Below are positions 1 to 7,650 of a stretch of DNA of 64,000 nucleotides, piece by piece. The notes under the pieces are model-generated. The model was not told the origin of the DNA. It worked only from the letters and a program-made list of their open reading frames with translations, and did not search any database. Both the position numbers and the translations under genes were made by a program. Within the stretch, counting starts at the first letter, position 1; every line of letters begins with the position of its first letter. Source of the stretch: a virus (lineage: Duplodnaviria; Caudoviricetes); the IMG/VR virus record IMGVR_UViG_3300011559_000001, positions 1-64,000 of that record; one strand, 5' to 3'.

Positions 1-48
1 TACCATCCAAACGGAAGGTCGCGAGTTCGATACTCGCCTATCGCTCCA
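1..48 (+). tRNA. 3' half of a Gly-type tRNA-like gene (truncated by window edge; anticodon arm non-canonical)
   Basis: ..TCCAA-ACGGA-AGGTC, T-arm GCGAG-TTCGATA-CTCGC, acceptor strand CTATCGC + TCCA (U73, typical of Gly). Confidence 0.75.
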
Positions 49-58
49 TCGTTTCACC

Positions 59-169
59 GGACAAGTGGTCGAGAGGCTAAAGACAGTGAGCACGGCCTTC
101 GGGACACTCACGGTTCAGGGACAACCCGTCCTGAGGTTACCCATGGGTTCGAATCCCATCTTGTCCACC
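59..169 (+). ncRNA. class-II tRNA-like RNA with anticodon replaced by a 16-nt UUCG-containing loop
   Basis: Acceptor GGACAAG/CTTGTCC, D-arm GTC..GAC, stem GTGAG/CTCAC, long variable arm TCAGG..CCTGA, T-arm ATGGG-TTCGAAT-CCCAT; ends ACCT. Confidence 0.75.
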
Positions 170-180
170 TAGTTTCTATA

Positions 181-325
181 GCGCAGGTAGTTCAGTTGGT
201 AAAACGCCACCCTTATAAGGTCGCCGGTTCGAATCCGGCATGGGACGCCAGTCCCATTAGCTCAGTTGGATAGAGCATATAAAACCAAGGTGGAGTCACA
301 GGTTCGAAGCCTGTCCAGCGCTCCA
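181..325 (+). ncRNA. tRNA-Gly body with a circularly permuted Arg-like tRNA nested in the anticodon arm (two-headed tRNA)
   Basis: Outer GCGCAGG/CCAGCGC-TCCA and CCACC/GGTGG; inner 213-282 = TTATA-AGGTC-T arm-ATGGGAC-GCCA-GTCCCAT-D arm-TATAA. Confidence 0.85.
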
Positions 326-343
326 AGTTTCAACAGTTCGATA

Positions 344-478
344 GCGTTTGTAGCTCAGCAGGTAGAGTGCTCGTAGATGGGGTTCGACTCCCCGCTGCCC
401 AACCGTGTGCAAGCACGGTTCGGCGGTTACTGGTTGCCAAACGAGAGGTCACGGGTTCGATTCCCGTCTTACGCTCCA
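344..478 (+). ncRNA. tRNA-Gly(GCC)-like gene with a 59-nt structured insert 5' of the anticodon loop
   Basis: GCGTTTG/CTTACGC-TCCA, CTCGT/ACGAG stem, TTGCCAA loop at 434-440; insert 375-433 has a second T-loop and a GNRA hairpin. Confidence 0.8.
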
Positions 479-492
479 GTTTCAAGTAACAC

Positions 493-568
493 GCGTGTGT
501 AACTCAGTTGGTAGAGTCTCAGCCTTCCAAGCTGTTGGTCACGAGTTCGAGCCTCGTCGCACGCTCCA
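493..568 (+). tRNA. tRNA-Gly(TCC)
   Basis: Canonical 76-nt cloverleaf, loop CTTCCAA, encoded CCA. Confidence 0.93.
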
Positions 569-578
569 TCCCTCTCTC

Positions 579-653
579 GGTCAGATGGCAGAGCGGTAAT
601 GCAGCGGATTGCAAATCCGTACCTCACTGGTTCGAATCCAGTTCTGACCTCCA
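579..653 (+). tRNA. tRNA-Cys(GCA)
   Basis: GGTCAGA/TCTGACC-TCCA, GCGGA-TTGCAAA-TCCGT anticodon arm. Confidence 0.93.
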
Positions 654-673
654 CCACCCTTCAAGGAACGTAC

Positions 674-871
674 ATGCCTGCTGGTAACCACCGTAAGTAC
701 TACGACGGATTGGACAAGCTTCAGGATGAGCAACAGGTGTCCACGCGAGTGGCCAACGATGTGCTTTACCTGCGCACACAGAAGGAATGGACGCAAGAGC
801 GCGAAGACACGTTCATCGCGCAAGCCAAGACGGGTGAGATCCCCGACATCACTCAGGTAGGAAAGGAATGA
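674..871 (+). CDS. hypothetical protein
   Basis: ATG after AAGGA RBS; overlaps next start. Confidence 0.6.
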   Translation: MPAGNHRKYYDGLDKLQDEQQVSTRVANDVLYLRTQKEWTQEREDTFIAQAKTGEIPDITQVGKE

Positions 872-1206
872 GCCAGACCAAGCGTTTCCAGTTCTCCGTC
901 CCGCGTCGTGAACCGGCCGCTGTGATCCCGCAGCCGGAAGAGATCCAGAAGACCTACGCTGAGTTCATGGCAGCCTTTGCCAAGGGTAAGGTCAGCAAGC
1001 TCTTCCTGAGCGGTGACGCTCAGATCCCCACCGACTACGCGTTGGTGAGTGACGGCGTTGGCCTGGTCACCCACATGCCGGAAATCCCCGGCGTGGCCAT
1101 CCGTGTCCTGCCCACCGGTGATGTGATCATCACGGTGGACGCTGACCCGACCAAGGCGCCCTACCAGGTGATCGGTGTCGAGTTGACCGTGGACATCGAG
1201 CTGTAA
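868..1206 (+). CDS. hypothetical protein
   Basis: RBS AAGGA, phage-like codon usage. Confidence 0.7.
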   Translation: MSQTKRFQFSVPRREPAAVIPQPEEIQKTYAEFMAAFAKGKVSKLFLSGDAQIPTDYALVSDGVGLVTHMPEIPGVAIRVLPTGDVIITVDADPTKAPYQVIGVELTVDIEL

Positions 1207-1212
1207 GTTTCA

Positions 1213-1309
1213 AGCCTCCGGCAACGGAGAACTTCCTTGGCGCCCAAGGGTACGGAGAGTTTACCTATCATCTCACCGTAACGACGTCAAGGCAGGTTGG
1301 GATAGGTTG
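1213..1309 (+). ncRNA. candidate small structured RNA in the tRNA operon
   Basis: Flanked by AGTTTCAA spacers like the tRNAs; GNRA hairpin and crossing helices. Confidence 0.4.
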
Positions 1310-1317
1310 AGTTTCAA

Positions 1318-1395
1318 GGTTCCTTAGCTCAGTTGGTTAGTAGCACCTCCCTGTTAAGGAGGGGGTCGTAGGTTCGAGTCCTACAGGAACCGCCA
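1318..1395 (+). tRNA. tRNA-Asn(GTT)
   Basis: GGTTCCT/AGGAACC-GCCA, CCTCC-CTGTTAA-GGAGG. Confidence 0.92.
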
Positions 1396-1400
1396 CACCT

Positions 1401-1430
1401 AGAGCCCCACCCTTCGGGGTGGGGCTTTTA
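1401..1430 (+). terminator. intrinsic terminator
   Basis: AGCCCCACCC-TTCG-GGGTGGGGCT followed by T run. Confidence 0.85.
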
Positions 1431-1445
1431 TTCCGGGGAAGAGGA

Positions 1446-1784
1446 ATGTTCGACGAAACACTGGTAAGCAGCGAAGTCTGTATCCAGTGCGGGGCCTGCT
1501 GCTCGGTGTATATCCGCAAGGGCACCACGGAGTTGGTATCAATCGATGAGGTCAACTCCACCGAGGATGTTGAGCTTGTCACTTGTCCGCACTTGCAAGT
1601 TAATCAGGGGCGGTATATCTGCGGGAACTACGAGGACCGACCGCAAGTATGTCGTGATTACAGTTGCCTACGTCGAGCCAATGAGCAGGACCTACCGATG
1701 TCAGAAGACAAGGTACTAGCCAGACGTGTGCGGCAAACGGTGCGTCAGGTGCACAAGAGGGAGATCGAACTTGTGCTCCTGTAA
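1446..1784 (+). CDS. YkgJ-like CxxCxxCC Zn/Fe-S protein
   Basis: CIQCGACC...CPHL...C.NYEDRPQVCRDY.C motif. Confidence 0.75.
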   Translation: MFDETLVSSEVCIQCGACCSVYIRKGTTELVSIDEVNSTEDVELVTCPHLQVNQGRYICGNYEDRPQVCRDYSCLRRANEQDLPMSEDKVLARRVRQTVRQVHKREIELVLL

Positions 1785-1816
1785 CTAGGCGATCGCTAAA
1801 CCTGCGAGAGAATAAG

Positions 1817-2596
1817 ATGATGACCAGTAAAGTCATCCAAGTCTGGCACCACGATTCACCGGGCATGCGCGTGTACGTGCGTCGTGGTTGGATCAAGCAG
1901 TTGTTTTACCCCAAGGACTTCTCGCGTGTGGGCGAACACCACCTGACTGAGAAAGAGCTGGAGCCCACCTACGCCCGTGCGTTGGAATTGGCGGAAACTT
2001 TCCATGGACTATATGAGCGCTATGCGCCGAGCGAAGGTTACACTACTCGCCCGGAGACGCGTGCGTTTAATCCCAACACGCCTAACGGACGCTTGATGCA
2101 GCGCGTTTGTCTGGCGGTTATTACAGGAGGTTTCCGTTTGAGTGACATTGCCGACGACACCGGTCCGAGTGCCGCCGACATTGTGAGTGGCTTGAGGTTG
2201 ATGCCCATTCGCGTGTTGCGCACTCCGGCCCCTGATGAACCTGTGGCTGACCCAGCTGAAGAAGTCTACCTGCGGATGCAGGTTGTACCCACCGAGGAAG
2301 AGGCGTCACTGGCGCTGAGCTTCACCGATGGCCAGTTGGTGTACATCAAGGTGGACGACAACGAGATCATCACCCCACCCGAGTTTGGCCGCATTCTGGC
2401 TGAACTGGGCGACTACGTGAATGCTCAGTTGTTCCAAGCCCAGTCTCAATTGCGGGTGACCGCCGCTGAGTTCTGGTGGAAAGACGAGGTGACCCCCGAC
2501 CTCGAACATCGCTCGCGGCAGCAGATTACCCCGTCCATCTGGGAGTCCTTGCTGTTCGATCCGACTTTCCAAGCGCAGTCCAAGATCCAGCGTTAG
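1817..2596 (+). CDS. hypothetical protein
   Basis: 259-aa ORF in operon orientation. Confidence 0.65.
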   Translation: MMTSKVIQVWHHDSPGMRVYVRRGWIKQLFYPKDFSRVGEHHLTEKELEPTYARALELAETFHGLYERYAPSEGYTTRPETRAFNPNTPNGRLMQRVCLAVITGGFRLSDIADDTGPSAADIVSGLRLMPIRVLRTPAPDEPVADPAEEVYLRMQVVPTEEEASLALSFTDGQLVYIKVDDNEIITPPEFGRILAELGDYVNAQLFQAQSQLRVTAAEFWWKDEVTPDLEHRSRQQITPSIWESLLFDPTFQAQSKIQR

Positions 2597-2633
2597 CCAA
2601 TCCTATGGAGGCTGTCCCTCCTAAGGAGTCCCG

Positions 2634-2870
2634 ATGCTTTCTCTGTTGTTTTCCCTGTTCCTGATCCTGCTGCAAGTGGCGGGTCTGCTCGTACTGGCCC
2701 TGGGGCTGTTTGTGGTGTTCCACATCGCACGTCCTCAGAAGGAGCCGGCTGACACCAGCAACCGGATCAACAAGATCCGTCTGATCTGGTTCTGCCTTAC
2801 TCGCGAAAATTTGTTCGTCGATGTGTTCCCGTGGCTCAAGCACGACGAGCTGGATAACGTCACCAAGTAA
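2634..2870 (+). CDS. small membrane protein
   Basis: N-terminal hydrophobic helix, AAGGAG RBS. Confidence 0.7.
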   Translation: MLSLLFSLFLILLQVAGLLVLALGLFVVFHIARPQKEPADTSNRINKIRLIWFCLTRENLFVDVFPWLKHDELDNVTK

Positions 2871-2963
2871 GCGGCACACTGTCCCCTACCTTCCGGTAGG
2901 GGACTTATGCTGTGCATTTTTACTGTGAAGGCTACACCGTATAACCCTACCTACTGAATAGCC

Positions 2964-3461
2964 ATGCTCGTTCAATCGAACCGTAAGTTTGTGGTCGACT
3001 GCGAATACAGCGGTGAGACCCATCAGATCATTTCCGTGGCCATCGTGCCGCTGTGGTATGACCACTACATCAAACCCAGCACGATCCTGGAACTGCCTGA
3101 GCGTGAGTTCTATGAAGTGATCAGTCCGCTCCCGCAAGGTATGAGCGACTGGGTCAAGACCAACGTGGTCCCGCACCTGAACAAGCCGGGCATTTCCCTG
3201 CAGCAGTTCCAAGAGAAGCTGGAAGCCTTCTTTACCCAGCACCAGATCGAAGAGCTGCATTACGATTGGTGTGATGACATCGCCTATATCAACCGCCTGC
3301 TGATTACCGGTCCGGGCGAGCGCATTGCGCTGGGCGGACGCTTCTTGAGTCACATCCACCACCCGGACATCGAGTACCGGTCCAAGACGGCCCACAACGC
3401 TCTGGAAGACGCCCGCGCGGTTGCAGCGGCCATCCGTGAGCGTATCTTTGAGATGGCCTAA
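2964..3461 (+). CDS. DEDDh 3'-5' exoribonuclease (Rv2179c/DUF5051-like)
   Basis: VVDCEY ExoI motif and HNALEDA ExoIII motif. Confidence 0.8.
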   Translation: MLVQSNRKFVVDCEYSGETHQIISVAIVPLWYDHYIKPSTILELPEREFYEVISPLPQGMSDWVKTNVVPHLNKPGISLQQFQEKLEAFFTQHQIEELHYDWCDDIAYINRLLITGPGERIALGGRFLSHIHHPDIEYRSKTAHNALEDARAVAAAIRERIFEMA

Positions 3462-3481
3462 GAAACGCATTGAACGCGTTT

Positions 3482-3499
3482 TGAGACCTATAATACTCC
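3482..3499 (+). promoter_or_regulatory. recurrent promoter motif (TGAGACCTATAATACTCC)
   Basis: Aligns with copies at 14583, 17439, 21199, 24265, 28159, 45705. Confidence 0.6.
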
Positions 3500-3538
3500 T
3501 TGAGTCGTCGCCCTTAAGAAACATCACGGAGAGAGTTG

Positions 3539-4021
3539 ATGGTCGGTTTTCTGAAAATGGAAGAAGAGGCACGTGCATTTCGTGCGCTGTTCAATGAGCG
3601 CTACCGTGTACTGCCGCGTGTGCAGTATCAGGAGCGTTGGAGTGACGCCAAGGGCTGCCCGGTCTTTGCCGTCACCGATCGTAGTATCGACACCCCGGCG
3701 TCGTCGACCTCACCCGATGGTCGGCGTGTCCTGATCTTGCCGTTGCATGATCTGGACTCGGTGGTGCTGTATGACAAGTGGGCTGGCCGGGGTGATCGTA
3801 CGCCGGTGGAGTTCGCCTACCCGATGGGCTTTGACATGGTCGATGCGCCGTATGAAACCATGCGTCGTTCCATCGAGGCTGTGCGCAACCACTGGAAGAT
3901 CCATCGCAACCCCGGCAATATCGGCGTGAGTGACATCATCATGCCGTCCTTCCAGAGCGCGCTGCTTGAAGCAGGCCAAGGCTGGGGCAAGCTGGTGTCC
4001 TTTGCGCAGGTCCCGGCATGA
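3539..4021 (+). CDS. hypothetical protein
   Basis: ORF after promoter motif with GGAG RBS. Confidence 0.65.
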   Translation: MVGFLKMEEEARAFRALFNERYRVLPRVQYQERWSDAKGCPVFAVTDRSIDTPASSTSPDGRRVLILPLHDLDSVVLYDKWAGRGDRTPVEFAYPMGFDMVDAPYETMRRSIEAVRNHWKIHRNPGNIGVSDIIMPSFQSALLEAGQGWGKLVSFAQVPA

Positions 4022-4209
4022 GGGGCCTGTTTGGTCCGGGGCCCACCGATGAAATGGTCGATGGGAATTACGGTGGGCTGGCCGCCCGGCAAAGTCCCAA
4101 CCGCGGTGTGTGGTTTTGCACCGATTCGGATTACACGTGGAAAGGGGTGGTTGACGATTACGGTGTGATCGTCCCCATTACCGAGTACGTCAACCAGCGA
4201 GGCTACTAA
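4018..4209 (+). CDS. hypothetical protein
   Basis: ATGA-coupled ORF. Confidence 0.5.
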   Translation: MRGLFGPGPTDEMVDGNYGGLAARQSPNRGVWFCTDSDYTWKGVVDDYGVIVPITEYVNQRGY

Positions 4210-4212
4210 CCG

Positions 4213-4518
4213 ATGTACGGATTGTTCAATGCTCTGGCCTGGATCTGGATTGTTGTCCTTGGCTTCATCCTGATCGTGGGTGTGTTTTCTATCCTTCGTC
4301 GGACCTTCGTGACGGGCTATCCCAGGTCGCTCACGCTGCGTATGGCGACCTTCGGTCAGCTCTACGGTAAGAGCTGGGTCATTCCGGCACTGGCTGTGGT
4401 GGCCGCACTGACGGTGGATTTCGATCCGGACCTGCAGTGGTGGGTGGTGGTTACTTCGGTGAGCTTCATTGCCGTGCGCTTCATCAACGTCTTTGCCGTC
4501 AAGGTGGTCAATCCATGA
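4213..4518 (+). CDS. membrane protein
   Basis: About three hydrophobic segments. Confidence 0.65.
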   Translation: MYGLFNALAWIWIVVLGFILIVGVFSILRRTFVTGYPRSLTLRMATFGQLYGKSWVIPALAVVAALTVDFDPDLQWWVVVTSVSFIAVRFINVFAVKVVNP

Positions 4519-4580
4519 GCAACAGTGCCTATGAGGCGTTCACGTTAGGTGACTAGAGTCACTTAACCTGGAGCCTGAAG

Positions 4581-4916
4581 ATGTCCCGTACGACCCGTCG
4601 CACCCACCACAAAGCTGCTTGGCACTACCACGGTAACTTCGACCGCTTCACCGGTCGTTGGTGGTCTGAAGCAGCTGCCGAACGTAAGGGCATGACCCTG
4701 CGCGAACTCTACGACACTTACATCCGTCACTACCACATGGATCGTGACGGTGAAGGTCGTCGTACGCCGCCGCGTTGGTTCCGCAACATGTACGGCAGCC
4801 GTTGGGTCCGTCATCGCAATCGCGCCCTGATCATCCGTCACCTGCAGGATGACAGCTTTGATTGCCACCTGCCCGAGCCCTTCAAGGGCCGTGCGGGTTT
4901 CCGTATCTACCTCTAA
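4581..4916 (+). CDS. basic hypothetical protein
   Basis: GGAG RBS; Arg/His-rich. Confidence 0.6.
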   Translation: MSRTTRRTHHKAAWHYHGNFDRFTGRWWSEAAAERKGMTLRELYDTYIRHYHMDRDGEGRRTPPRWFRNMYGSRWVRHRNRALIIRHLQDDSFDCHLPEPFKGRAGFRIYL

Positions 4917-5266
4917 CCCTGAGTACCCTGCTGATGTGGAAGCGTGTGCGTTCTTTCATCCGTGGTTGGCGTGAGCGCCACAACGGCATGACCACCAAGT
5001 ACAAGTGCGATTCCCGTCAGCAGGCCTACGACAGCGGCCGCGAGTGGGGACTGCGTTTTTCGTGGAGGCGTTACTGATGGATACCTCGCAGGATTGGGAC
5101 AGCCCCGATCCATCGAAGGGTCCGTACACAGACGAACCTCCCAACCGTCCCCGATCCCCTCGAACTGAAGAAAGGAACTGAGCATGTGTAACATGCCGAT
5201 TGGTCTCCTACTCATGGGCAGCCCCTGCACGCGACGTGCAGGGGGCCCTGATAGAGGAAACCATGT

Positions 5267-5527
5267 ATGTCTTTCAACCGTGCAGAACGTCGTCACCACT
5301 ACCGCCGCATGATCGTTAAGCGGGCAAAGCAGGACGCCCGCTATGGGGTGGGTGCGGCTAACGAAAAAGAGTGGCGTTTCATGAACGCCCGTGTGCGTGC
5401 CCGTACTGGTACGCTGTGCAGCTGCAGCACCTGCGGTAACGTGCGTCGCAACTACGGTAACTCCCGCGCCGCCCTGACCTATCAGGAACTGGTGTCGCTG
5501 GATCACCTGAAGGAACGCGACGAATAA
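5267..5527 (+). CDS. basic hypothetical protein with CxCxxC motif
   Basis: GAGG RBS; CSCSTCGN; followed by terminator. Confidence 0.65.
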   Translation: MSFNRAERRHHYRRMIVKRAKQDARYGVGAANEKEWRFMNARVRARTGTLCSCSTCGNVRRNYGNSRAALTYQELVSLDHLKERDE

Positions 5528-5535
5528 GTCACAGA

Positions 5536-5561
5536 CCCCTCCCCACTCGGGGAGGGGCTTT
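5536..5561 (+). terminator. intrinsic terminator
   Basis: CCCCTCCCC-ACTC-GGGGAGGGG-CTTT. Confidence 0.75.
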
Positions 5562-5590
5562 ATGTTGTTCCCCGACCTAGGAGAGTTTCA

Positions 5591-6022
5591 ATGTCTGAAG
5601 AAAACGAACGTCCGAACCCGCAGGACATCTTCCTGATGTCCCTGCCGGTGGGTATGCGTCAGGCGTACCTGTCGCAGAAGCACTTGGAAAAGCCCGGTCC
5701 GTTCTCCCACGTGCTGATCGTCGATGGCGTGGCCGGTGTGGTGAACCTGGGTGCGCTCAATGTCGCCGGTGGCCTCACCGGTCATCCCGACGCCCGTCTG
5801 CCTGACGAGGTCCTGGCACAGATTGCACCTCTGTTGGCCGAGTACGGTAGGACTGCCGACAACATCACCGCCGAAGAACTGGCACTGGAGCTGGCTGCTC
5901 AGATCAGCGGGATGATCCACGATGTGAGTGAGCAGATCACCGGCAAGGTGGCGGTGTGGTTCTTCGAACCCAACGCCTTCGGTGACAAGACGCTGCGTGT
6001 GATCACGAGAAAACTGTCGTAA
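5591..6022 (+). CDS. hypothetical protein
   Basis: AGGAG RBS. Confidence 0.7.
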   Translation: MSEENERPNPQDIFLMSLPVGMRQAYLSQKHLEKPGPFSHVLIVDGVAGVVNLGALNVAGGLTGHPDARLPDEVLAQIAPLLAEYGRTADNITAEELALELAAQISGMIHDVSEQITGKVAVWFFEPNAFGDKTLRVITRKLS

Positions 6023-6124
6023 GGTAATCCCTGTAAACCGGTACGATTCGAAGAACTTTCGTCTACGTATCATGTTCATGTAACGGGCACCATCCAATTG
6101 GCCCAACACGGAGTCGTCAGTAAA

Positions 6125-6364
6125 ATGTCCAAGGAAACTCACGTAGGTGCAGGCGCATGGCTGAAGAACTATCTGGCCGAGCGCGTAGCAACGGAAGCTG
6201 CAAAACCCAAGCGCATGCAGCGTCACCCCAATGCGCTGGACGAACCTGAACCCACGATGTCGCTGGACTCCTCGCTGGACCTGCTGTACGCAGACCCGGA
6301 TGAGTGGGATGAAAACGAAGAAGGCGAACCGACCCTGCGGGGTCCGGAATTCGACTTCGAATAA
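6125..6364 (+). CDS. acidic hypothetical protein
   Basis: ORF followed by hairpin. Confidence 0.55.
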   Translation: MSKETHVGAGAWLKNYLAERVATEAAKPKRMQRHPNALDEPEPTMSLDSSLDLLYADPDEWDENEEGEPTLRGPEFDFE

Positions 6365-6418
6365 CTGACCCTAGGGCCGACCCGCCAGTCGGCCCTTTCC
6401 ATTAGCGGAGCTATCACC

Positions 6419-6580
6419 ATGTCAGGAATGACACACATCAAATCGGACGGAATTCTCAAGGGCAACGCTGACATCGAAGATTCCGCACAGGAAGACCTGC
6501 GGAAAGCGTTGTTGGAAAAAGAGATGATGACTCGCTTTCCCGAGTTCTTCCACAATACAATCGAAAGGAGTGCCCCATGA
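6419..6580 (+). CDS. small hypothetical protein
   Basis: GGAG RBS, 53 aa, stop overlaps next ATG. Confidence 0.5.
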   Translation: MSGMTHIKSDGILKGNADIEDSAQEDLRKALLEKEMMTRFPEFFHNTIERSAP

Positions 6581-7647
6581 ACACCATCGCATCCCGTTAC
6601 ACCCCCGCCAACTTCTGCGCCCTGCTGTCGGCCTACTGGGCTTTGCGCGTACAGCTGCGAGAAGTCCTGCCGATCAAGTTCGAATCGATCGAAGACGAAG
6701 ACGATTACAACTACCCCGAAGGTTTGGTGGTGTTTTCCAGCGTACCCAACTGGTACGACTACTTGGACGGACTTGCCTGTTCAATCCCCGGCGAGTCGGT
6801 TTTGACCATCGCTCGTCTGTCCATCGACGTCCCCGGGCGTCCCCGTCTGCGCGTGGGAATCCTCAACACCGAAGCCCAAGCCTTGGAGCACAACACCCTG
6901 CTGGAGGCCGGTAAGTGGGCTGAAAAATGCCGGCTGCTGATCAACGGTCAGTTCCGTTCGTGGAATGAGATTGATTTGGCGCCGTACATGCGTTGGCTGG
7001 AAGAGAAAGTCCGTGGCCTGAACGCTTACCGCGATGAAGCAATGAACGATCCGCGTGTGCTGGCCAAGGCCAACGCTATTCGTGACTTCTGCCAGAAGGT
7101 GTATTTGCTGGTGAACGCTCGTCGACGCGCTGGTGTGGAATGGACCAGTTTCACCGAAGACCGTGCCTACGAGTCGGGCATCTATGCCGGGGACGATGGG
7201 CTCTTTGTCGTCGCTGAAGCTCCGTCCAATTTCCACGACGCCGCCAGTCACGAAGAACCGCTGATGGTGACGGTCAAGTGGTATGACGACTGGAAGGGTC
7301 CGTCTGAATTGCTCATGGCTGGCCGTCAGATCAAGCCGCCGGTACTGTGGTTGGGCGACAAGGCCATCACCTGGCAGGCGTGCGATTCGATGGAGCCGTG
7401 GTTTGCATGGCTGGATGAGCAGATCACCCAGTGGCAGTCGATGTTGATTTCCAACGTGACTGAATCGTCCACCCAGGCCGAGCCTGATGTGAACCCGGAC
7501 GCACGTCCTGCCCGCGCTATCTCGGAAGACCTGCGTGCGCTGGCCGATCAGTTGGACGCGCACGGCCCGCTGGAACGGGTGGCTGAAAACATGATCCGTT
7601 CGGTGATCCGTTACGGTCTGGTGTTGATCAACCAGAAAAAGAAGTAA
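6577..7647 (+). CDS. hypothetical protein
   Basis: 356-aa ORF, AGGAG RBS. Confidence 0.75.
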   Translation: MNTIASRYTPANFCALLSAYWALRVQLREVLPIKFESIEDEDDYNYPEGLVVFSSVPNWYDYLDGLACSIPGESVLTIARLSIDVPGRPRLRVGILNTEAQALEHNTLLEAGKWAEKCRLLINGQFRSWNEIDLAPYMRWLEEKVRGLNAYRDEAMNDPRVLAKANAIRDFCQKVYLLVNARRRAGVEWTSFTEDRAYESGIYAGDDGLFVVAEAPSNFHDAASHEEPLMVTVKWYDDWKGPSELLMAGRQIKPPVLWLGDKAITWQACDSMEPWFAWLDEQITQWQSMLISNVTESSTQAEPDVNPDARPARAISEDLRALADQLDAHGPLERVAENMIRSVIRYGLVLINQKKK

Positions 7648-7650
7648 TCG

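Noticed and set aside
181-478. Group I intron explanation for the anticodon inserts
   Set aside because: The inserts are 59-70 nt, far too short, lack P/Q/R/S core elements and are themselves tRNA-like.
405-657. Short ORFs over the tRNA cluster
   Set aside because: They overlap clear tRNA genes and have no RBS.
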